Of a stretch of 64,000 nucleotides of DNA, positions 9,764 through 19,158 are shown piece after piece; the first letter of the stretch is position 1; each line of letters starts with the position of its first letter. The stretch spans positions 3,633 through 67,632 of the forward strand of contig JASGFG010000005.1 of the NCBI GenBank assembly GCA_047605605.1. The letters are read 5' to 3'. Under the pieces are notes generated by a model that ran no database searches, was not told where the DNA came from, and saw only the letters and a program-made list of their open reading frames with translations. This stretch comes from Paracoccaceae bacterium (lineage in GTDB: Bacteria; Pseudomonadota; Alphaproteobacteria; Rhodobacterales; Rhodobacteraceae). A program made the translations under genes and the position numbers.

Positions 9764-10989
9764 GGCTGACGGATCAGCGCCTCGGAGCGGAGCTGTTCCA
9801 TATAGATATCGGCCAGCTTCGACAGGCGCTGCCCGACCAGCTGGCCCCGCACCTCCTCGCGCGAGGGGGAGTCCTTGGCCACCGGATTGCGCGCGCAGAG
9901 CATCAGGAACACCCGCGCCCCGCCGCTCCGCAGCGCGGTAGAGCTTTCGCCGGGGTCAAGCCGCGCCAGTTCCAGCGCGATGTCCTTTGGCACCTGACCC
10001 AGCGGCTTCGTCTCGCGCTGGACGCCCTGCATCACGGCGTAAAGATCGTTGCAGGTATCGACCTCGGCCCGGATGCGGGCGATCTGCGCGGGCGCATCCG
10101 GCCCGTCGGCGATGGTGACCCGCGCGTAATCCACCGTCTGCTCGCCCGAGGTGCCGCCCTCGGCATCGGCGATGGCGCGCATCTGAAGCAGGACGACCGC
10201 ATTCGGAACCGCGATCGGCGGCGTCACCTGACCGGGCGCAAGGCCCAGCACCTGGCGTTGCAGGTCGGGCGGCAGGTTCGCCACCGGCATCCAGTCCAGC
10301 TTGCCGCCCCGTCCCGCGGTCTGTGCCGCCGAATAGCGCTGTGCGGCGGCGGCAAAGGCCGCCTCGGTATGGATGCCCGCGCGGATCTGGTTGGCCTGCG
10401 CCATCTCGTCATCGGGGTCGCCCTCGACCGGGATCACCAGTTCCGACAGCAGCACCCGCACCGCGGGCTTGTGATCCAGCGCGGCAAGCGCGCGGTCGAC
10501 CTCGACATCGGTGATCTTGACGGTGGGGGCGTATTTCGCCCGGATCAACTCGCGCCAGGTGATCTGCGCGGTGACGAAATCGCGGAAGGTTTCCGCCGAC
10601 ACGCCGCCCTGGTTCAGCGCCTTGACGAAGTTCTCGGCCGACAGGTTCGCCCGGCTGGCGAATTCCTCCATGCCCTTCTTCACGTCGTCGGGCGTCAGCT
10701 TCAACCCGACCTGGGCGGCGGCCCAGACGCGCAGCCGGTCGTCGATGACGCCCTGCAACGCGTCTTTCTGCAGATCGCCGGGCTGGCGCAGCATGGTCAG
10801 GAACCGCAGGCGCTGATCCACCTCATACTGGGTGACGGCCTTGCCGTTGACATAGACCACGGGCGAGAACTGCCCGCCCTGCGCCGCCGCGGGCGCACCG
10901 AACAGGGCAGGCGCCGCGCCCGCGCCCAGCATCAGCGCGACGGCCGCCGCGCGGGTGAAACCGGGAAATCCTGCCGCAAACCTGTTCAT
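9760..10989 (-). CDS. surA: SurA-like periplasmic chaperone / peptidylprolyl isomerase
   Basis: Signal peptide, SurA N-terminal-like domain, and the conserved position between lptD and pdxA. Confidence 0.75.
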   Translation of the reverse strand: MNRFAAGFPGFTRAAAVALMLGAGAAPALFGAPAAAQGGQFSPVVYVNGKAVTQYEVDQRLRFLTMLRQPGDLQKDALQGVIDDRLRVWAAAQVGLKLTPDDVKKGMEEFASRANLSAENFVKALNQGGVSAETFRDFVTAQITWRELIRAKYAPTVKITDVEVDRALAALDHKPAVRVLLSELVIPVEGDPDDEMAQANQIRAGIHTEAAFAAAAQRYSAAQTAGRGGKLDWMPVANLPPDLQRQVLGLAPGQVTPPIAVPNAVVLLQMRAIADAEGGTSGEQTVDYARVTIADGPDAPAQIARIRAEVDTCNDLYAVMQGVQRETKPLGQVPKDIALELARLDPGESSTALRSGGARVFLMLCARNPVAKDSPSREEVRGQLVGQRLSKLADIYMEQLRSEALIRQP

Positions 10990-11025
10990 CGCCTGCTTCT
11001 TTCCGTTTCTTGTCCTTCGTTCCGC

Positions 11026-13167
11026 CTATCCGCGACAGGCCCCGGCGGGTCCGGCCTTGCTGCCGCCGCCAAAGCCCGCCAGTTGCACCGAAAGGCCGAA
11101 ACTGGTGGTCGGTTGCACACTAGTCGAGGATGCGAACCGACGCGAGAGCGAAAGATCCACCTGCACGCATTCGTTCCGCCAGACCAGCCCCACCCCCGCC
11201 CGTGTCGCCCGGTCGGCGTCAAAGTCATAGCGGGTCATGGCGCTGGCCGTCCAGTTCGGGTTCAGGTCATAGCTGGCATCCAGTTGCAGCTCGGATGTCT
11301 GTTCGGGCCGGTCCTCGTCCGGGTCGGCGATCAGATAGACATAGCCCGACGACAGGCTGTAGCGGTCGCGCGCCACATCCATGCGCCATTCGCCCTTCGT
11401 CACCTTGAGGTCGTCGTCGAACAGCACGCGGTTCGTCAGCGAAAGACCGTCCGGCAGGCCCAGTTGCCAGGCCAGCAGCCAGTCCGACCGTTTCCCGTCC
11501 AGCCCCGAGGCGGCGCTGAACTGGTCGAGGTCGCTGCTGCGGATCACCCGGCCGCCGGCAAAGCTCAGCGACCAGCCTGTGGGGTCATAGCGGGTGTAGG
11601 ACAGGCCCAGGCTGGCCCAGGACCCCTGCTCGATCGCGTCCGAGCCGGGAAAGCGGTTCATCGCGAACAGGTTGCTTTCGTCGAATTCCACCAGCGTGGA
11701 ATCCTCGTTCGGGATGCGGCCGTCGCCGCCGTGCGACGTGACCAGTTGCAGCACCGGCTCGATCACATGGCTGGCCCCGTCGGTGCCGGCCTTGACCCAG
11801 GGCCAGCGAAGCTCGACCCCCGCCACGCCGTGCAGGCGGGTTTCGGTGCCGCCATATTCCGCATCCTGGTTGATGTCGTAGAGATCGGCCGAGACCGCGC
11901 CCATCAGGGTGGCGACGATGCCGGGATCCGTGACCCAGTTCCGCCGCCAGTCGCCCTTGACCGTCATCCGCGCCACGTCGCGCCCGTCGGCGATGCCGTC
12001 GCCGTTCAGGTCCAGTTCCTCTTCCGAAGTGCGGTTGGCACTGTGGCTCTGGAACTGCAAGCCGGCCTCGCCCCCCAGCGGCCCGCCCGAGAAGCGCCGG
12101 TGAAAGGTGAAATCCCCGATCAGCGACGGGATGGTCGAGTTCGATTCGCCCTCGCGGATCGACTGCACCCCGACCAGCCGCGCCGAGATATATTCGTTGC
12201 GCCGCACCCGCGTCGCCTCGATCACGCTTTCCAGCCGGTCTTCCTCGGGCAGGCCATAGTCGTAAAGATAGGCGTCGTCGCTGACCGTCTCGCCATGGAA
12301 TTTCAGCGTGAAGCCATAGGGCAGGGCAAAGTGTCCGTCGGCGGTCAGATAGCCCCGCGTCTCGCCCGGCAGCAGTTCGTCATGCGAAACGGCGCCGTTC
12401 AGCTCGATCTCGCCGGTGCGGAAGGCCTGGCGATAGCGCAGTTCCAGCGTCCGGCCGTTCTTGGTCGAGACATAGGGGGTCAGCGTCACGTCGGCGCTGC
12501 GCCCCAGGGTGACGAAATAGGGCAGCTTCAGCCCGGTCCCCAAACCCGTGGTCGTGCGCAGTTCCGGCCGCAGAAAGCCGCTGGAGCGGTCCAGGTTCGG
12601 GTCGGGCATCCGCAGACGCGGCACCCAGAACACCGGGAGGCCGGCGATGCGGAACTGGGCGTCGGTGAAATAGATCTGCTGGGCAAGTTCGTCATGAACG
12701 ACCTTGCGCGCGCGGATTTCCCAAAGCGGCGCGGGATTGCCCGCGCAGACCTTGCAGGACGAGGCGACGGTGCGCGACAGCTGGGTATAGCGCCCGTCGA
12801 TCCGCTGCATCTCGGCCGCAGCCAGTTGCAGCTGGCGGTCCATGACCATCCGCACGCCGGTCATGACGCCATTCGCCAGATCGGCGTCCAGCGCCGCCTG
12901 ATCGGCCAGAACCACGGTTTCGCCCGCCGTATCGGTCAGGACGATGGGGCCGGCGATCTTCAGGCTGTCGGCCTTGCGGTCATAGTCGATGCGCGAGGCG
13001 GTCAGGCGGCGGCCCTTGTAGAACACCTCGACATGGCCGGTCGCGGTCAGCGTGTCGTCGCCGTTGATGGCGACCGTATCGGCCACCATCGAGGCGCGCT
13101 CTTGTGCCGCGGCCGGGGCGGCAAGGGCCAGGAACAATGCCGTCAGGGCATGGGCGAGGGGGCGCAT
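11026..13167 (-). CDS. lptD: LPS assembly outer-membrane protein LptD
   Basis: 713 aa counted from MRPLAHALTALFLALAAPAAAQ (signal peptide). OstA-like N-terminus and large beta-barrel-type sequence. The ATG overlaps the lptG stop (TGATG). Confidence 0.85.
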   Translation of the reverse strand: MRPLAHALTALFLALAAPAAAQERASMVADTVAINGDDTLTATGHVEVFYKGRRLTASRIDYDRKADSLKIAGPIVLTDTAGETVVLADQAALDADLANGVMTGVRMVMDRQLQLAAAEMQRIDGRYTQLSRTVASSCKVCAGNPAPLWEIRARKVVHDELAQQIYFTDAQFRIAGLPVFWVPRLRMPDPNLDRSSGFLRPELRTTTGLGTGLKLPYFVTLGRSADVTLTPYVSTKNGRTLELRYRQAFRTGEIELNGAVSHDELLPGETRGYLTADGHFALPYGFTLKFHGETVSDDAYLYDYGLPEEDRLESVIEATRVRRNEYISARLVGVQSIREGESNSTIPSLIGDFTFHRRFSGGPLGGEAGLQFQSHSANRTSEEELDLNGDGIADGRDVARMTVKGDWRRNWVTDPGIVATLMGAVSADLYDINQDAEYGGTETRLHGVAGVELRWPWVKAGTDGASHVIEPVLQLVTSHGGDGRIPNEDSTLVEFDESNLFAMNRFPGSDAIEQGSWASLGLSYTRYDPTGWSLSFAGGRVIRSSDLDQFSAASGLDGKRSDWLLAWQLGLPDGLSLTNRVLFDDDLKVTKGEWRMDVARDRYSLSSGYVYLIADPDEDRPEQTSELQLDASYDLNPNWTASAMTRYDFDADRATRAGVGLVWRNECVQVDLSLSRRFASSTSVQPTTSFGLSVQLAGFGGGSKAGPAGACRG

Positions 13168-14264
13168 CAGCCGTCCTCCAGATGCAGAAGAAGGCCCATG
13201 GCGGCCATTGCGGCGGCGACGGGCGGGATCCAGGCGGCCATCGCCACCGGGATCTGCCCGTTTTCGCCCAGGACCTGCGCGAAGTTGCGCAGGAAAAAGA
13301 TCGCGAACCCCGCCAGCAGCGACAACAGCACCATGGTGCCGGTATTGCCCGACCGGACATGGCGCATCGTGAACCCCCCCGCCAGCAGCACCATCGCCGC
13401 CAGCAGCAGCGGTTGCGCCAGTTCCATCTGGAACCAGACGCGGTGCGACCGGGCGGAAAAGCCCGCCCGCTCCAGCCCGGCAATATAGCGCGGCAGGTCC
13501 CAGAACGGAATCGCCGAAGGCGTGCCGAACCCGTCGCGGATCGAATCGCGCGTCAGGTCGGTCGGCAAGGTGCTGTCGCCGGCCTGCGCCTCGGCGCTGC
13601 GTTCGGGATTGTCCTGCGTCAGATCCCACCGCTTGGTCCCGGTCAGCCGCCAGACCCCCGAATCGAGCGCGGCATGATTGGCCTCGACCCGTGTTTGCGG
13701 CGTGCCGTCGGCGCCGAAGGACAGGAAGGTCGCCCCGAACAGCTCGGTCCCGTCCAGGTTCGCGCGACTGGCCTGGATGACGGTCTGCCCGTCTTCGCCC
13801 CCCTGGCGCAACCACAAGCCGCCATCGGTGACCGACAGGATGCTTTGCCCGCCGCGGGTGTATTCGGACCAGAGCTTGTCATATTCCTTTTGCGTGCCTG
13901 CGACGATCGGGTTCAGCACCGCCACCGCAAAAGCCCCGACCGCCACCGCCGCCCCCACCGGCGCCAGCAGGAACCGCAGCCCCGACCGCCCCGCCGCGCG
14001 GATCACCACCAGTTCGGAGGTGCGGGCCAGCCCGATGAACAGCGTGATCGCCGACAGGATCACCACCAGCGGCAGGATGGTGTAAAGCGTCTTCGGCACG
14101 TTCACCGCCGAAAGGATCAGCGCGTCGCCAAAGCCGATGTCCGCATCCGAAAAGCGGCGCAGCTGGTCGATCACGTCGATCAGCAGCATGATCCCGAAGA
14201 AGATCAGGAACACCATCAGCGTGATCCGCAGGAACTTCATCGCGATATAGCGGTGCAGGATCAT
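13167..14264 (-). CDS. lptG: LPS export ABC transporter permease LptG
   Basis: Starts MILHRYIAMKFLR; YjgP/YjgQ permease family; ATGA overlap with lptF. Confidence 0.85.
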   Translation of the reverse strand: MILHRYIAMKFLRITLMVFLIFFGIMLLIDVIDQLRRFSDADIGFGDALILSAVNVPKTLYTILPLVVILSAITLFIGLARTSELVVIRAAGRSGLRFLLAPVGAAVAVGAFAVAVLNPIVAGTQKEYDKLWSEYTRGGQSILSVTDGGLWLRQGGEDGQTVIQASRANLDGTELFGATFLSFGADGTPQTRVEANHAALDSGVWRLTGTKRWDLTQDNPERSAEAQAGDSTLPTDLTRDSIRDGFGTPSAIPFWDLPRYIAGLERAGFSARSHRVWFQMELAQPLLLAAMVLLAGGFTMRHVRSGNTGTMVLLSLLAGFAIFFLRNFAQVLGENGQIPVAMAAWIPPVAAAMAAMGLLLHLEDG

Positions 14265-15385
14265 GCCGCAGCCCCCGCCCCGCGCCGGATGTGCCGGGGC
14301 CGTTGCGACAGCCACAGCATCGCCACCGCCATCGCCATCCCCACCACCGGCGCCGCATAGACCAGCGGCCAGCGCGTGGCGTCGCGCAAGGCCGCCGCCC
14401 CGGTCGAGGTGTTGATCCCCTGTACCACGATCAGCATCACCACCGCGATCCCGATCTGCCGCCACAGGCCGAACCGGCTGAACCCGCCCAGAAGCAGGGC
14501 GGAAAATCCGATCAGCGCGGCGGCGGCGGCGAGGAAGGGCTGGGCGATGCGGGAATGCGCCTCTTGCAGAAAGGCGGCGCGGTTTTCCCCGGTTTCATCC
14601 TGAAGCGGCTGGGTGGCCGACAGAAGCTCGACCGTGGAAAGCTCGTCCAGGGTGCGGCCCTTGCGCGCCGATCCGGTCAGGAACGGCGACAGGTCATAGG
14701 TGAAATCGGCAAAGCGCGTGACCGACAGCCGCCGCGCATTTCGGTCCAGCGTCTGGGCCATGCCGTTGAACATGATCAACTTCGGCCCGGTGTCGCCCCG
14801 CACGAACAGCGCGCGCCGGGCGGTATAGGTCACGCGCTCGTTCAGGTTGCGGTCGTCCGACAGGAACATGTCGTGCAATTCGCCGTTCCGCGAAATCTCG
14901 CGGATATAAAGTGTCACATTGCTGGACGGGTGCATGAACTGGCCGTCGCGCAGAAAGCGGGCGGTCAGGTTTTCCTGCACCTCGGCCGTTCGTTCGGCCA
15001 GCCGGGCGCGGCTTTCGGGCACCAGCACGTTCATCAGGATCGCCATCATCACCGCCGCGACCAGCCCGAACATCAGCACCGGCCGCGCCAGCCGGAACGA
15101 GGAAAATCCGGTGGCCTGCATCACCACCAGCTCGCTGTCCTGGCTGAGGCGGTTGGCGACGTAGACGGCCGCGGCAAAGGCCGAAATCGGCAGGACCAGC
15201 CGGATGACGTTTGGCAGCGTCAGCAGCGAAAACTCAAGGAAGACCAGCGCCGACTGCCCGTCGCCCAGCAACTGGTCGAACAGCCCGACCGCCCGGTTGA
15301 CCCAGTAGACCGCCACCAGCACCAGAGAGAAAAAGCCGAACAGCGCCAGCAGTTGCGACAGCATGTATCTGTCGAACTTCGCCAC
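14261..15385 (-). CDS. lptF: LPS export ABC transporter permease LptF
   Basis: Starts MAKFDRYMLSQLLALFGFF; YjgP/YjgQ permease family; divergent from pepA as in many proteobacteria. Confidence 0.85.
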   Translation of the reverse strand: MAKFDRYMLSQLLALFGFFSLVLVAVYWVNRAVGLFDQLLGDGQSALVFLEFSLLTLPNVIRLVLPISAFAAAVYVANRLSQDSELVVMQATGFSSFRLARPVLMFGLVAAVMMAILMNVLVPESRARLAERTAEVQENLTARFLRDGQFMHPSSNVTLYIREISRNGELHDMFLSDDRNLNERVTYTARRALFVRGDTGPKLIMFNGMAQTLDRNARRLSVTRFADFTYDLSPFLTGSARKGRTLDELSTVELLSATQPLQDETGENRAAFLQEAHSRIAQPFLAAAAALIGFSALLLGGFSRFGLWRQIGIAVVMLIVVQGINTSTGAAALRDATRWPLVYAAPVVGMAMAVAMLWLSQRPRHIRRGAGAAA

Positions 15386-15540
15386 CCGCTGCCCCTTTCC
15401 GTCTGGCCGGTTGATCCGGCGATGCCTGTTGCGCGCGAAGCTAGCGGAAATCGCCGCCGGGGGAAACTGGCATCTGGCGGATCGCGGCCCGCAAGACTAG
15501 CCTCGCGCGCGAACCTTCGCCTGCCTTGCCGGAGAATGCC

Positions 15541-17004
15541 ATGTCCCACCCCACAGCCATCCAGTTCCAGCCCGTCACGCTCGACACGCTTGCCCAAGCA
15601 TCGGGGCGGATCGCCGTCTTTCACGATGGCGGCGCCTATTCGCTGGCCGCGCGGCGAATCGACCGGCTGACGCGGGGCGCGCTGGCCCGGTTTCTGGAGT
15701 CGGAGGCCTTTGCAAAGCTGAAACCGGGCGAGGGGGCGGATCTGGCCTTCCCCTCGGGCCTTGCGGCGGATGCGGTGCAGGTGATCCGCTTGCCGAAGAA
15801 GGCCACGGTGGCAGAAGCGCGCAAGGCCGGCGCCGCCATCGGCCGCGCGCTGTCGCCCAAGGCCACGCTGGTCATGGCCGAGGGGCAGGGGCAGGCCGCC
15901 GAGATCGCATTCGGTCTTGCGCTGCGGGCCTATGGCTTTACCGCGCACCAGACCGGCGAAAAGACCGAAGCCGGGCCGGTGACGATGCAGGTCGCCAACC
16001 CCGAGGCGGTGGCCGCCGCCGCCGCCCCCGGCGCTGCCGTGGCCGAAGGCGTGTTCTTCACCCGCGATCTGGTGAACGAGCCGGCGAACATCCTGACCAC
16101 CGACGATTTCGCCGCCCGCCTTGCCGCGATGCAGGAACTGGGGATCGAGGTCGAGATCCTTGAAGAGGCCGATCTGGCGGCACTGGGGATGCGGGCGCTT
16201 CTGGGCGTGGGGCAGGGGTCGGAAAGCCCGTCCAAGGTCGTCGTCATGCAGTGGAAGGGGGGCGAGGGCGCGCCCTTCGCCCTTGTCGGCAAGGGCGTCT
16301 GCTTCGACACCGGGGGCATTTCGCTGAAACCCGCCGCCGGGATGGAAGACATGACGATGGACATGGGCGGCGCCGCGACCGTCGCGGGCGTGATGCGCGC
16401 CCTGGCGCTGCGCAAGGCGCGGGCGCATGTCGTGGGGCTGGTCGGGCTGGTGGAAAACATGCCCGACGGGCGGGCGCAGCGGCCGGGCGACGTGGTGCGT
16501 TCGATGAAGGGCGACACGATCGAGGTGATCAACACCGATGCCGAGGGGCGGCTGGTTCTGGCCGATGTGCTCTGGTATGCGCAGGAACGGTTCCAGCCGG
16601 TGGGACTGATCGACCTTGCCACCTTGACCGGCGCGGTGATCGTGGCCCTGGGGCACGAGAATACCGGCGTCTTTTCCAACGACGATGCGCTGTGCGATGC
16701 CTTCCTGAAGGCTGCGGGTGCCGAGGGGGAAGGGGCGTGGCGCCTGCCGATGGGCGAGGGCTATGACGCCAAGCTGAAAAGCCGGGTGGCGGATATGGTG
16801 AACTCTTGCGGGCGCGATGGCGGGTCGATCACCGCGGCGCATTTCCTGCGGCGCTTCGTCAAGAAAGAAACGCCCTGGGTGCATCTGGACATCGCGGGGA
16901 CGGCGCTGCTGAAGGCCGAGTCCACGCTGGCGCCGAAGGGGGCGACGGGTTGGGGGGTGATGGCGCTGAACCGCCTGATCCGCGACAGGTTCGAGGCGAA
17001 ATGA
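15541..17004 (+). CDS. pepA: leucyl aminopeptidase (M17)
   Basis: M17 motifs VGKGVCFDTGG and NTDAEGRLVLAD. Start at MSHPTAIQ. Confidence 0.9.
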   Translation: MSHPTAIQFQPVTLDTLAQASGRIAVFHDGGAYSLAARRIDRLTRGALARFLESEAFAKLKPGEGADLAFPSGLAADAVQVIRLPKKATVAEARKAGAAIGRALSPKATLVMAEGQGQAAEIAFGLALRAYGFTAHQTGEKTEAGPVTMQVANPEAVAAAAAPGAAVAEGVFFTRDLVNEPANILTTDDFAARLAAMQELGIEVEILEEADLAALGMRALLGVGQGSESPSKVVVMQWKGGEGAPFALVGKGVCFDTGGISLKPAAGMEDMTMDMGGAATVAGVMRALALRKARAHVVGLVGLVENMPDGRAQRPGDVVRSMKGDTIEVINTDAEGRLVLADVLWYAQERFQPVGLIDLATLTGAVIVALGHENTGVFSNDDALCDAFLKAAGAEGEGAWRLPMGEGYDAKLKSRVADMVNSCGRDGGSITAAHFLRRFVKKETPWVHLDIAGTALLKAESTLAPKGATGWGVMALNRLIRDRFEAK

Positions 17005-17456
17005 TCCTGTTCTATCACCTGACCCGTTCGACCGCCCAGGAAACGGCGGCGACCCTTCTGTCCCGCGCGGCGGATCGCGGGATGCGGGTCATGGTGCGCG
17101 GCACCGACAAGGCGGCGCTGGAGCGTCTGGACATGCGCCTGTGGGTGGAGCCGGAGGACGGCTTTCTGCCGCATGGGGTGGAGGGCGGTCCGCAGGATGC
17201 GGAACAGCCGATCCTGATCGGCACCGGCGCGGCCGCGAACGGGGCGGTCGCGCTGATGCTGATGGACGGGGCCGAGGTGGATCAGGACGAGGCGCGGGCG
17301 ATGGAACGCGTCTGGGTGCTGTTCGACGGCGCCGATCCCGCCGCGCTGAACCATGCGCGCGGCCAGTGGACGCGGTTGACCGGACTGGGCCTGCCCGCAC
17401 AATACTGGTCCGAGGACTCGGGCCGGTGGGAAAAGAAGGCAGGCAAGAACGAATGA
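17001..17456 (+). CDS. holC: DNA polymerase III subunit chi
   Basis: Starts MILFYHLTRS; 151 aa; ATGA overlap with the pepA stop. pepA-holC is conserved synteny. Confidence 0.85.
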   Translation: MILFYHLTRSTAQETAATLLSRAADRGMRVMVRGTDKAALERLDMRLWVEPEDGFLPHGVEGGPQDAEQPILIGTGAAANGAVALMLMDGAEVDQDEARAMERVWVLFDGADPAALNHARGQWTRLTGLGLPAQYWSEDSGRWEKKAGKNE

Positions 17457-17505
17457 TCGTTCTGCCTGTGGTGCTTTCGCGGTGGGGCTTGTGCCCCCTG
17501 GCCGG

Positions 17506-17567
17506 CCCCGGAGGGGTTTTGCACCCCTCCGGACCACCCCGCAGGGTATTTGGGCCAAGATGAAGGG
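17506..17567 (+). repeat. intergenic hairpin-ATATTT-purine repeat, copy B (62 nt identical to 1296..1357)
   Basis: Exact 62-nt match to copy A, lying between holC and the DUF2934 gene. Confidence 0.9.
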
Positions 17568-17659
17568 GGCAAGCAGGGGGCGGGCGGAACCGTTCACATG
17601 TCGCGGGCGTTTTGCCGGGTATCCGGCCCGCCGGAGTCAGGACAGGGGGAGAGTTGGCG

Positions 17660-17983
17660 ATGAAACCCAGGGATTTCGATGCGTTCGACAGGCGCGTGCA
17701 GGCGCGGGCGCAGAAGATGTGGGAGGAGGCGGGGCGCCCCGATGGCGGGGCAGAGCTTTTCCGCGAACGCGCGAGGGATCTGCTGGAGATTTCGGAAAAC
17801 CCCGAGGCCGGGCGGATGAGCGTGGCGGAATCCACCCGCCCGCGCATCAACACGCTGGTCGATGTGGAAAATCAGGGCGAAATGCCGGGTCTGACCGATC
17901 AGGGCGACGGACAGCTTTTCCCCGATCAACAGCAAAGCGTCGACGTGCCGATCCCGCCCGAGGCGAAAGAGCCGGAGCGCTGA
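17660..17983 (+). CDS. DUF2934 domain-containing protein
   Basis: The sequence RVQARAQKMWEEAGRPDGGAELFRERARDLL resembles the DUF2934 core. A GGGGGAGAG Shine-Dalgarno lies upstream of the ATG at 17660. Confidence 0.65.
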   Translation: MKPRDFDAFDRRVQARAQKMWEEAGRPDGGAELFRERARDLLEISENPEAGRMSVAESTRPRINTLVDVENQGEMPGLTDQGDGQLFPDQQQSVDVPIPPEAKEPER

Positions 17984-17993
17984 GGTCCGGGGA

Positions 17994-19064
17994 TCAATTC
18001 GGCGTGGTCTTGCGCGCCAGTTGGCGGGAAAGGGCGGAAATCAGGTCGCTGCGCGTGACGATGCCGACGATCTGACGCCCCTGCATGACCGGCACGCCCT
18101 CGACTCCGCCGTCGGACAGCAGCGCCACCACGGCGCCTGCCGGCGTTTCCGGGGAGACATGGGGCACGGCGGTCGTCATCACTTCGGCCGCCCGGTGATG
18201 CGCAAGGCCATCGGTGCGGATCAGGTTCAACTGAAAGATCACGCCCCGCAATTCACCACCATCGGTCACGGGCAGCGAATGGAAGCCGCGCGCGCGGAAG
18301 ATCGCCGCCGCCTCCTGCAGCGGCGTGTCGGGGCGCACCGTCACCAGATCGCTCGACATGATGTCTGCGCAGGTCAGGTCCAGCCGGTGGCCCGCCGCGG
18401 CCTGCTCTGCCGCGCCGACAAGGCGCGCAAGGTCGGCGACGCCAAGGTTCGCCGCCTGACGGTAGCGGTCCAGAATCTGCGCCAGATCGTCTGCTTCCAC
18501 CCCGATCCGGGCCGAAGGCGCGGGCCGTTCTGCGGGCTGGCGGAACGGATAGACCCGTCCCGTCACCAGATGCCACAGCAGCGCCAGCCCGATCAGCGCC
18601 GCCGTTCCCGCCGCGACCGGGGCCAGCGCCAGGCTCCAGCTGGCATGGGCCGCCGGGTCCAGTGCCACCAGCAGCGCCACCGCGCCCCCCGGCGGATGGA
18701 GCGCGCGCACCAGCAGCATCCCGGCGATGGCCGCGCCGACCGCGATGCCCGGACCCCATGGCCCGGCGGGCAGGACGGCCATGACCGCCAAGGCCACCAG
18801 CGCCGAGACGGTATTGCCGACCAGTGCCGACCATGGCTGCGCCAGCGGGCTGTTCGGCAGGGCGAAGAGCAGCACCGCGCTGGCCCCGAAGGGCGCGATC
18901 AGCCGCAGATGCGCGGCATCGCCCGCCAGCCAGACCACCAGCCCCAGCAGGACCAGCGCCGCCACCGCCCCGCCGCCCGCGCGCAGCAGATCGGCGGGAT
19001 GCGCGGGCGGCAGGACCGGGCCGAAACCGTGCAGGATGCGGCGCAGGGGGTGCGGTTGGCTCAT
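17994..19064 (-). CDS. HPP family membrane protein with C-terminal tandem CBS domains
   Basis: Hydrophobic N-terminal half containing the HPPGG motif, and a CBS pair in the C-terminal half (MSSDLVTV..., VMTTAVPHV...). Start at MSQPHPL. Confidence 0.7.
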   Translation of the reverse strand: MSQPHPLRRILHGFGPVLPPAHPADLLRAGGGAVAALVLLGLVVWLAGDAAHLRLIAPFGASAVLLFALPNSPLAQPWSALVGNTVSALVALAVMAVLPAGPWGPGIAVGAAIAGMLLVRALHPPGGAVALLVALDPAAHASWSLALAPVAAGTAALIGLALLWHLVTGRVYPFRQPAERPAPSARIGVEADDLAQILDRYRQAANLGVADLARLVGAAEQAAAGHRLDLTCADIMSSDLVTVRPDTPLQEAAAIFRARGFHSLPVTDGGELRGVIFQLNLIRTDGLAHHRAAEVMTTAVPHVSPETPAGAVVALLSDGGVEGVPVMQGRQIVGIVTRSDLISALSRQLARKTTPN

Positions 19065-19085
19065 CACAGGGTCTTTCCCGACAGG

Positions 19086-19112
19086 AAAAAGGCCGCGCTG
19101 TGCCGCGCGGCC
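19086..19112 (-). terminator. rho-independent terminator of tkt
   Basis: On the minus strand, GGCCGCGC-GGCACA-GCGCGGCC is followed by TTTTT, about 47 nt after the tkt stop. Confidence 0.7.
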
Positions 19113-19158
19113 CGATGTTATGGCGACCTGAAACGCCCGGCCGGGGGTTGGCGCGCGA

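Noticed and set aside
10258-13488. A 1076-aa plus-strand ORF antisense to surA and lptD.
   Set aside because: Same GC-rich antisense artefact. lptD and surA on the minus strand have clear signal peptides and family features.
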